A DNA stretch of 62,876 nt, the filler included. It is 4 parts of 4 records of this genome, joined end to end, with 100 filler letters (N's around TTAATTAATTAA, not from the genome) between each part and the next. Parts side by side here need not be neighbours in the genome. Positions count along the whole stretch, not along the records: positions 51,167 to 62,876 come from SRR20825019_2231; 3 more parts are not named here. One strand, given 5' to 3'. Position 1 is the first letter of the stretch, and the number at the start of each line of letters is the position of its first letter. The translations under genes and the position numbers were made by a program. Positions 54,372-62,876 of the stretch are shown here, in pieces. The notes beneath the pieces are model-generated. The model had not been told where the DNA came from and made no database searches. It saw only the letters and a list, made by a program, of their open reading frames with translations.

Positions 54372-56681
54372 TCAGCACGTGTCAAGGGTCACCAGCGAAT
54401 TGTTGCGCTTTCGCAACGATGACATACACTCTTCAGTCACAGAGGCATCCACGCCAAGCCAGCGGAGTCCCGGGAGGCCAAGCAGTGCTGAAGCCCCAGC
54501 GTCAGTAACAGAATCGCAGTACTGAATATTGATGCTCTCGAGAGAGGTACAAGAGAGTAGAGACTGGACTCCGGCATCGGACAGCTCCATACATCCAAAC
54601 ACATTCAGAACTTTGAGGCTGGGACATTGCGCGACGGCATGGAGGGCACTGTCTGACAGAGCAATACAGCAGCTCATGTCGAGTTGCGACAGCGCCGGAC
54701 ACCGGGACGCCAAGGCAGCAACTCCATCATCGGAAACCTTGATCAACTGGTGGAGGACCACTCTCTCCAAAGCGCGACAGTTGTCCGAGAGAGCAATGAT
54801 GCCGCGGTCAGACACCTCGTGGCAGCGGGAGAGGCACACATTCGTTAAGCCAGGACACCCTGAGGCAAGCGCCTCCACTCCAAGGTCCGTGATCGCTGCG
54901 CAGTCATCCAAGTTAATATGTGACAATGGAAGACTTTTGAGTTGAGACAGGCCAGCATCCGTTATTCCAGAGCACTTCTGAAGGTTCAGTTTGTGGAGGC
55001 TGCGCGTCCCCAGTGCAAGCTGCTCCAATGCCTTGTTGTCAACCTTTGGGCAAAAGCTAACATCGAGCTCTGACAGACTGGGGCAATGTTGGGCCACAGC
55101 TGCGATGCCGACCGAGGAAATAGAGCGACACTTGTACAGGCTCAGTGCCTTCAGACTCGGCCCCACTCCCATCAACAAGTCGGCGAGGCTGACATCATTC
55201 ACTGAGGTCCCACAGCCCCGCAGGCTGAGAGACTCCAGGCATCTTCCTCCGGTAGCCAGGTGGCTCATGGCAGTGGGGGTTAGACGCACGCACTTGGCCA
55301 GTGATAGCGAGCGGAGGTTCTGGCACAAACTGAGAATTGCGGCGAGACCGTCGTCGGTCAAGCATTGCAGAGCAAGCTCCATCTCCTCCACGGCCGCGCC
55401 ATGCCTGCCCAGGGCATACCTGAGCGCGCGCGGGGGCAGTGTTTTGCCGGAGCCCTTGTCCGCCGAGCTGATATGATGCCATAAACTCGCGTCATCTGCC
55501 AGGGACCGCCATGACTTACACACTCCTCGGATTCGCAGCACGGTGGGCTGGTCCAAAAGCGACATCACGTTCAACATAATATCATCCGGCATATCTTCAA
55601 TGGTCGGTGCCGCCGGCTCCGACGACTCTCTCCTTTCCAACAAATTCTGGATGGACTGGCGCACCCTCTGCACCACCGGTCCCTCCGACTGAGACACCTC
55701 CTCTACAAATTCACGTAGCTTCACTGGCACGATGCGAATGAAGCTATCGGTGATGGTTCCGAAATCATCCGCGCGATGACTAGTGATGTGCAGTTCCGCC
55801 GAGACAGCCGCGCCGTCCCCGTCGCTAGCACTAGCATCTTCGTCACTCCCACACCGCCCCCTGCTCCCCGTCTCCAGTACAGACTCCAAATGCGAGTACC
55901 TCACATCCATCGAGATTGGGGGCGACACCGAGCCTCCAGTACCTGTCTTCCCTTCGGCGTCATCTTCCGATCCAGTATCCGCGGAGCTATCCCTCCTCAA
56001 CCTGTTGTATATATAGGATACTGCCGCCACTGGGGTCGTTCCTGACATGCGCCGGTGTTGCTCCACATTCTTGACAAAGTCCTTTATGGCAGCCATTCCA
56101 TTCGTTTGAATAGACTCCATCACCGTGTGTTTCACAAGTTCTAGTCTTGCCTGAACGGACTCAGTAAGTATTCCCTCCTTCTTCCTGGTCTGTTCTTCCG
56201 AGTCCGAACCCGACTCGGCGCCGCTCCCCGTTTCCTTGGCTTCGTCCTTCGCGAGGACCTCTTCACCAGACGATAAGCCAGACAGTGGCGCAGCCTTGGC
56301 GCTCGCCCCGGCAGAGAACAAGGTGAAAAACCGCGACCTGAAGAACAGCCTGATTCTCACGTCCAGCGCGTCAGGCCCCGCCACTCCGTCCTCCCGCGAA
56401 CACTTTCCTCCGTACTCCCCTGAGCTCACTCCCGAGTTGCTATTATCGTCGTCATCGTACACTGGGACCTTTCGAGCCTTCAAAATAGGAAGGTGCTCCT
56501 GAAGGATGGTATCGGCCACTGTTTTCGAAAACTTGATCTCGGGAGGCTCCTGGTCCATAAACTCGTCAAGGTCACAGCAGGGCCTTACAGGGGCCCGCTT
56601 AGCCAGCTCCTCCTGGGTGATTGGGATGTAGTTTGATAGGATATACATCTTCTCCCTCCCAGCAGTGCCCTTGCGCCCTTC
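54372..56681 (-). CDS. F-box + leucine-rich-repeat (FBXL-type) protein; large final exon, upstream exons probable
   Basis: F-box IEDMPDDIMLNVMSLL...VCKSWR; more than ten LxxLxLxxCxxITDxG repeats; candidate intron 56682-56744 joins it in frame to the upstream ORF. Confidence 0.85.
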   Translation of the reverse strand, partial: EGRKGTAGREKMYILSNYIPITQEELAKRAPVRPCCDLDEFMDQEPPEIKFSKTVADTILQEHLPILKARKVPVYDDDDNSNSGVSSGEYGGKCSREDGVAGPDALDVRIRLFFRSRFFTLFSAGASAKAAPLSGLSSGEEVLAKDEAKETGSGAESGSDSEEQTRKKEGILTESVQARLELVKHTVMESIQTNGMAAIKDFVKNVEQHRRMSGTTPVAAVSYIYNRLRRDSSADTGSEDDAEGKTGTGGSVSPPISMDVRYSHLESVLETGSRGRCGSDEDASASDGDGAAVSAELHITSHRADDFGTITDSFIRIVPVKLREFVEEVSQSEGPVVQRVRQSIQNLLERRESSEPAAPTIEDMPDDIMLNVMSLLDQPTVLRIRGVCKSWRSLADDASLWHHISSADKGSGKTLPPRALRYALGRHGAAVEEMELALQCLTDDGLAAILSLCQNLRSLSLAKCVRLTPTAMSHLATGGRCLESLSLRGCGTSVNDVSLADLLMGVGPSLKALSLYKCRSISSVGIAAVAQHCPSLSELDVSFCPKVDNKALEQLALGTRSLHKLNLQKCSGITDAGLSQLKSLPLSHINLDDCAAITDLGVEALASGCPGLTNVCLSRCHEVSDRGIIALSDNCRALERVVLHQLIKVSDDGVAALASRCPALSQLDMSCCIALSDSALHAVAQCPSLKVLNVFGCMELSDAGVQSLLSCTSLESINIQYCDSVTDAGASALLGLPGLRWLGVDASVTEECMSSLRKRNNSLVTLDTC

Positions 56682-58007
56682 CTATTAACTATTGCAACCC
56701 CGCCCCAAAAGTAGTCTCAGGTAGCCTTCTCAACACAAGCGAACTAGTTTGAGATCAGGTCGACATATATCCTGCAAGTTCACCTCCACCAGGCGCTCGG
56801 AACCTGGCAAGTAAGAATAGTTGTGGGCGTCATGGCTGTGGTGCTCCTGAGTGACTAACCCCGCGTCTGGGCCCCTTGCGACCACAGACCACCACGAGGG
56901 ACTGGCAGTGGTACTCAGGGTGGGGAGAATGTGACCTCTGAGCTTGCGAGAGAGATGTCTGAGGGCAGGCAGGGTGCCACTTGTGCAACAGGGTGTCCTC
57001 ATTAGCCGGTGAACCAACCGCATTGGCTTCACACTGGTGGTGGTGGCCCGCCGGCCGGCAGCTGCTTGCAATGTTGTTGTGGGCTCGGGTCGCCTGACCT
57101 GATGCGACTAAGCAAGCAGTGCACGGCGGGTGCCGGCGGTCGCCCCGGACGACACCAGGCCGCTCCCGTCACGGACTCAAGTTGCAAGCCGGCTTGGGCT
57201 TCACAAGTCGTCATCCGGGATGCTCCGATGTCTCTATGCAAGTTGCGCCAGCACGACCACACCATCATCGTCGCCTGGAAACCGTCAGGTGCGCGGCGGT
57301 GTTAGTCGAAGGTCGGCAACCCGACGCCGCATGGTGAAATCACCATGGTCTTTGCCCACACCGACGATATTTTCTTGGGGAAAACATTTCCACCTAATGG
57401 TGCGAAAACCCATCATCCCAGGCCCCTGCTGCTGCAAGCTTGTGTGGTTCGCGCGCCCAAGAAACTTGAGGAGGGCCTGGAGATCTGGAGTCGTTTTTTG
57501 GTGTCACAGGGAATCTTGTTGATTCGAAAGCCTGTGTTGTCGATGCCCCAGACTGTGAGTGTCGACATGGAACCACCCGGTCATCAGTTTTCAACCAGTT
57601 TGGGCACGAGTGCGCCGCGCCGGGCCCTCGGTTGGCGGGGGATCCCCAGTGCGCCGCCGGAGTGCCTCCGGCAACGCGGCGCCAACGCGTCACGGACGGA
57701 GGCCGGTGCGGTGGCGGCTGTCGTTTTAGCCACTCTGCGAAGCTGACGAGGAGTGAGTAGTTCGCCGCCCGCCCGCGCTGACCGGCCGCGGGCCACGCCA
57801 ACTGAGCCGCGACTCACGGTGATCTGTCAGGGCCCGGCCCGTCACGTCTGCCGGCCTGGCCCCGAGACACTGCGCTCACCTTCACGTCTGATTCGGACGT
57901 GTCATCGGTCCATGCCGCCAGTTATCGTGCAACCTTGCTGAACCCACTGCAGGACACGCCTCAAGTACCTCGCCCGCCCGTAATACTGCCTAATTAGAAG
58001 TTCTGCA

Positions 58008-59584
58008 ATGCTGCGCTCTGTGGTTGTCGTCCTTAGCCTCGCTTCGGCGGTGTATGCCCTTGACAATGGCCTGGCCCTCACTCCTCAAATGGTAGGTGTC
58101 TCAGAAAAGTTGCCCGCTCGAAACTAAGCTAGGCGCAGGGCTGGAACTCCTGGAACAAGTTTGGCTGCAACATCGACCAAGACTTGATCAAGGGCAGCAT
58201 CGACGCCCTCGCTGACAGCCCTCTTAGGAAGGCCGGATATGACTACATCAACATGGGTATGACGCGGCTGCGTTCGGCGCGAATATTGCAGCGGTATATA
58301 CTGACACAGAGTTCCAGACGACTGCTGGATGCAGCTCGGTCGTGACAAGGACGGAAACCTCGTTCCTGACCCCAAGACCTTCCCTGATGGTATCAAACCC
58401 CTGGCCGACTACGCCCACTCCAAGGGCATCAAGTTCGGCCTTTACAGCTCTGCTGGACTGAAGACTTGCGGTATCTGATGGTGCCCGCGGGCTGTCATGT
58501 GTGGCTAACGGAGAACGCAGCCGGTCGCGAGGCCTCCTTGGGCCATGAGGAGGCGGACGCCAAGCTCTGGGCCTCCTGGGGCATCGACTACCTCAAGTAC
58601 GATAACTGTGGTGTACCTGATAAGTCCACCCCCGAGGTCCGCTACCCTCCTATGCGTGACGCCCTTGCCAAGTCCGGCCGTTCGATCCTGTTCTCCATGT
58701 GCGAGTGGGGCGTTGACAAGTGCGTTGCTGTGTTGTTCTTGTTGGTCGCGGAGGCTAAGTCCACTCAGGCCGTGGGAGTGGGCGGCCAAGGTCGGCAACT
58801 CATGGCGCACGACTGGCGACATCAGCGCCAACTGGAAGAGCGTGATGTCCAACATGGACCAGCAGGTTGGCATCGGTCACTATGCCGGGCCCGGCGCGTG
58901 GAATGGTGGGGAGTTGGTCAATGCCTGCGGGAGATGTTCTGACCGGAGTGTTGCTGCAGACCCTGACATGCTTGAGTGTGGCAATGGTGACCTTACCATC
59001 ACCGAGAGCAAGAGCCACTTCTTCCTGTGGAGCGTGATGAAATCGCCACTTCTCATTGGAAATGACATCCGCGGCATGCCCCAGGACCTCATGGATATCC
59101 TCACTGCCCCCGAGGTCATTGCTGTCAGTCAGGACAAGAAGGGTGTTGCGGGTGACCTCGTGGATCGCCACGACAACATCGATGTCTGGGCCACAATCAA
59201 CGAGGACGGAAGCCGCGCGGCTGTCCTGGTATGTAGCGGTTGTATCTTCCTCCCGCGTTTCGCAACTAACTCCGCCCTCAGCTGAACCGCGCCGACAACA
59301 CCCAGGACATCACTATTGATTTCACCAAGCTTGGGTTTGCCGCCACTGACTCTCTTGTGGTCCGTGACATCTGGCTGCGCAAGGACATGGGCACATTCAC
59401 CGGATCGTACACCGCCAAGGCCGTTGCCTCTCATGATAGCGTCTTTATTCGTGTTGCCCCTTCATCCGCATCTACTCACGTCAACCATGACTGGCGCCCT
59501 GTCGTCCCCATGGAGCCCGCTCTCCAGGCGAGCTTCCTTCGGGCCAAGTCCCGTGCCGCTAACGACACCCCGACCATGATCTAA
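58008..59584 (+). CDS. Secreted GH27 alpha-galactosidase, seven exons
   Basis: Signal peptide, [43 protein letters not shown]; restored by introns 58092-58138, 58257-58317, 58471-58520, 58720-58768, 58906-58959, 59229-59281. Confidence 0.93.
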
Positions 59585-59591
59585 GCGCAGC

Positions 59592-60881
59592 TTATAAAAT
59601 TGTGACTCTTTCGGCTTGTTTCGGGGTGAACTTGAATGTGCGACTGTGGCCAGTACCGTCGATGCCCACTGAGAATTCATCGCCTGCCTTGTGGACGGCA
59701 GTGGGGTCTGCGGGGGCGTGGGTCCACAAGTCACGGACATCGAGCTCGGACCCGCTTGCCACTCCAGTCTGAGCCTCTACCTTCTCCCAGCACGCGGCGT
59801 CACACTTGACATCCACCCTCCACGGGTGATTGTTGATCATGACCATGACGAAGCCTCCTCCTTCCACTTGGCGCGCAAATACTGGCGTGAGGCCGAAGGG
59901 CTGGTCGTACGCCACCGCGACGGCCTGCTTGGCGAGCGAGTCCTGGTTGATGGCAATCAGCTCCTTATTGAGGAAGGTCTCCTTATCCTCGGCGCTCAGG
60001 TCCGCAAGTGGGGCGCCGATCATCAGTGGGGCGGACATGATGGCCCACAGAGAGAACTGTGTGCGCGTCTGATAACTGGTGAGGTGGTGCGCAGCCTTGG
60101 TGTTGCTCCCCAGAAGCATATCTGGGTCGTTCCACCCACCGGGACCAGCGTACTCGGAGAGGTCCATGTTACGAGCGATGGAGTGGCGGGCAGTGGCCCA
60201 GCTGAGGCCCAGGGGCGCGCCCACGTCGGCAGATATCCTCCACGCGTTCGCCACGGCGCCGCCGAAGGGCGGCCGGGCATACCACGTCAGGTCCGATATG
60301 AATGGTATATTTCCTCCGCCGGCGCACACGGAGTAGAATATGGGACGCCCAGTCGCGTTAAGGCCATCTCTCATCGCGGTGAACCTTAGCAGCGCCTCCT
60401 TATGGTTATTGGCGCCGCCGGGGGCGTGGCAATTGTCGTTTTTCAGGTAGTCGACCTCCCACTGCGCGAATGTTTCCGCGTCCTGCTTCTCGTGGCCGTA
60501 GCTTCCGGCACGGCCGGCGCACGTCAGCGTGCCTCGGTCTGTGTATATGCCTAGTTTGAGCCCCTTATCGTGCACATAGTCGGCCAGAGCCTTGATGCCA
60601 CTCGGGAAGGCCGCGGGGTCGGGCTGAAGCTCGCCCGTCTCAGGGTGCCTCTCCTTCAGTGACCACCCGTCGTCCATATTCAGGTATTCATAGCCGGCCT
60701 CCAAGAACCCCTCAGCCACCATGGCGTCTGCGCGGGCACGCACCAACTCCTCCGAGATCTTGGGGCCAAGGTCGTTCCAGGTGTTGTATCCCATCGGTGG
60801 TTTCAGCCCCAGGCCGTTATCCAGCGCCACAGCTCCGACCACCAGTACGCTCACCACCGTTGTCAAGTAAGCAAGTGCCAT
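59592..60881 (-). CDS. Secreted GH27 alpha-galactosidase, intronless
   Basis: MALAYLTT...LDNGLGLKPPMGYNTWN, MDDGW, YLKNDNC, WRISADV, GWNDPDML in one uninterrupted ORF. Confidence 0.93.
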   Translation of the reverse strand: MALAYLTTVVSVLVVGAVALDNGLGLKPPMGYNTWNDLGPKISEELVRARADAMVAEGFLEAGYEYLNMDDGWSLKERHPETGELQPDPAAFPSGIKALADYVHDKGLKLGIYTDRGTLTCAGRAGSYGHEKQDAETFAQWEVDYLKNDNCHAPGGANNHKEALLRFTAMRDGLNATGRPIFYSVCAGGGNIPFISDLTWYARPPFGGAVANAWRISADVGAPLGLSWATARHSIARNMDLSEYAGPGGWNDPDMLLGSNTKAAHHLTSYQTRTQFSLWAIMSAPLMIGAPLADLSAEDKETFLNKELIAINQDSLAKQAVAVAYDQPFGLTPVFARQVEGGGFVMVMINNHPWRVDVKCDAACWEKVEAQTGVASGSELDVRDLWTHAPADPTAVHKAGDEFSVGIDGTGHSRTFKFTPKQAERVTIL

Positions 60882-61495
60882 GTTGAAAGGGGTTGCTGTA
60901 TGGTGGGGATGTGTGGCCACAGAACTTTATGTACGTTGACGACCGGCGGCCGGGTGGAGGCGGTGAGTAGCGTGCGAGACGACCGGCCCCAGTGGTGCGT
61001 GCGGCTTTCACCGGCCTGAGGCGGGCCGGCCTCCGGAGGGCGGCGCGCCCAGGGAGCCGGCCAGCGCCGGCGCGGAGGGCGTGCGCGAGGGCCGGGGCTT
61101 CCGTGGGGGGCGGCGACGTTGGCGGCCCCAAGTCGGAGGCCTGCCCCCAGTGGGGCGCGCGCCGGGCGGCCACCCGGCAGCCGGCTCGGCGGCGCTTCGG
61201 CAGTCGCGTGACCCGGTTTGGGATCGCGAATATTCCCGGACGGGATTATGGACATATGTATACTTAGTTCACCGCTGATCGTTCTTGCGCCGTGCGGAAA
61301 TTTGCTCCAAGGCTGTCTTTCTCACTGGCATCGAAGAGAAACGGTCATGGTTTCACGTTTTAGTCAGTTAGCCGGGTGACAACGGCAAAGCCATGACTGA
61401 CGGATTGGGGCACCCGGAATGCCCGCCAGGCCAGGCGCCGGATATGTTGCACACACGACCGCGGGTCAACCTGAAATGGCGTGCAAGGATTGCAT

Positions 61496-62798
61496 TCACG
61501 GTGACCCTTGAGCAGGGGTTACACGTGTCAAGGAGCCTTGTCTCACCATGAGTGAACGCGCCGCCCGCGCCACCTTGTCCGCCCCGCTACCATCACCATT
61601 ATTATGCGACTTCATCATCTCGGTGAGGGCCCCAATCGATGCCTCAAGCCCGTCAAGACGGTCAATCACCGAGTCAACCTTGCTGTCCAGCCCCTTCACC
61701 TCCTTCGCCAGGCCCTGACTCTCCCCGACAAGTGTGGTGTCCCCCGCCATCCTGCGGCATGACGGATCGTTAACACCGTCCCCGATAAGAGGGAATCCAT
61801 CACGCCTACCTTCCAGCAGTCTCGATCGAGTTGCATTTGCCCACCGGGAATGCCGAGAGATCCATTGACACCAGCTTGGCGACAAGGTACTTCTCATCTC
61901 CGGTCAGTTCCAGCGGGTCCTTGCTGCTAGCATACGAGAGGAAGTACATATAGTGCCTGCGTAGGAGTCAATGCAGATGCGGGGGAAGCGCGGGCGTGGC
62001 ATACCAGAGATTGTGTTCATGGCGGATGTGATGATCAAAGTCCTGCTCCGCCTCCTCAAATGCTTGGCGTGTCAGCCCACAAATGTAGCACTTGTGCTGG
62101 AGATTGTCCATCTTGTTCTGCATCTCATCTCGGAGCTGTCCGAACGAGTCGATGATGATACCACTGATGATTGCCAGCAAGATAAGGATGAACAGCATAC
62201 CGAACGCAGACTCAAAAACCATTCTGTCCGCATCTTGTCAGCCCGCACCGCCCCCGGAGGAACAGAAATCAATACCTGGTTAGCAGCGTGAACTTGGCGC
62301 GGCTTTGAATCACATCCATGAGTGTTTCTGGGATCTGGAAATCTGCAATGCCATCCTCGATGGGCTGGCCCACCGCCCCAAGGTACAGTAGACCTACAAA
62401 GCAACTGAAGGGGGAGTTGCACTCGGGGAGGTCTCCGCCAAAGAATTGGAACGCAACCATAGAAAAGATGTACACTAGTAGAATGGCGAGGATGGCGGTC
62501 TTGTACAGGCGATCAATGTTCTGCGACACGGACTTGATGACAAGAGCGATAGTGGGATCACTCAGAATCTCCAACATGTGGTAGAGATAGAATGCCGGGG
62601 AGATGAACAGTCCCATAACACTGCAGATGGGATAGAACAGGTAATAGAAAACAGGGACATTGACCGCGCCGCCCTGTGGACACGCCGTGAGCCTCGCCCG
62701 GCACCCCGACCATAAGTATCCCCTTACCTGCCAGAACTTAACGATCTTGCTCATTCTCAAGCTCCGGCTTCGCTCATCCATCGTGATCATACGCTTGT
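61496..62798 (-). CDS. IP3-receptor/ryanodine-receptor-like Ca2+ release channel, C-terminal part (5' truncated)
   Basis: S6 GIIIDSFGQLRDE; zinc finger CYICG...FDHHIRHEHNLWHYMYF; LTGDEKY; FPVG; introns 62674-62727, 62224-62275, 61957-62004, 61752-61809. Confidence 0.9.
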
Positions 62799-62851
62799 CT
62801 GCCACGGACCACCGCCTGGCCAGGGTTAAGCACATGATCGACAGCTGCGCT

Positions 62852-62876
62852 GGGGGGGGGGGGGGGGGGGGGGGGG
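62852..62876 (+). repeat. G25 homopolymer at window/contig end
   Basis: Read directly from the sequence. Confidence 0.9.

Noticed and set aside
61342-61399. Hairpin or ncRNA from GTCATGGTTT...AAAGCCATGAC
   Set aside because: Short imperfect stem with a long loop; no RNA family features I can recognise.
51256-62876. Eukaryote-to-bacterium gene transfer, or pseudogenes/alternative genetic code explaining the broken ORFs
   Set aside because: It is a separate contig after a linker, and the frame breaks I traced are resolved by canonical GT-AG introns.
62852-62876. Telomere
   Set aside because: Pure homopolymer with no telomeric repeat unit, and it interrupts a gene.

Overview
This window is not one chromosome. 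It is four unrelated contigs joined by identical 100-nt artificial linkers (44 N + TTAATTAATTAA + 44 N) at 9500-9599, 19735-19834 and 51067-51166. Contig A (1-9499; AT-rich, Flavobacteriaceae-like) carries lon, a GH20 hexosaminidase, a REP-like repeat tract, and a four-gene cassette (small unknown protein, multi-TM membrane protein, sensor-less histidine kinase, NarL/LuxR regulator). A muramidase plus a helical unknown gene face away from that cassette, followed by pxpC/pxpB. Contig B (9600-19734; Flavobacteriaceae-like) is housekeeping: guaA, LysM protein, OsmC-like, pyrG, yidC, mnmA. Contig C (19835-51066; GC-rich, Marinobacter-like gammaproteobacterium) has atoE, a TRAP transporter, a LysR/GST detox cluster, a yehZYXW osmoprotectant ABC transporter, several accessory genes and nuoA-M. 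Contig D (51167-62876) is a GC-rich eukaryote with very short GT-AG introns (47-63 nt). It encodes a CDK20-like kinase, a secreted acidic protein, an F-box/LRR protein, two tail-to-tail GH27 alpha-galactosidases and the 3' end of an IP3/ryanodine-receptor-like channel. The two best candidates for undescribed systems are (1) the flavobacterial cassette, read as a possible peptide/alarm signalling circuit with its own operator motif and a lytic output, and (2) a free-standing 75-aa mini-protein that aligns almost without gaps to the GyrA/ParC N-terminal QRDR region. Taxonomic and family calls come from motif recognition only; no searches were run.
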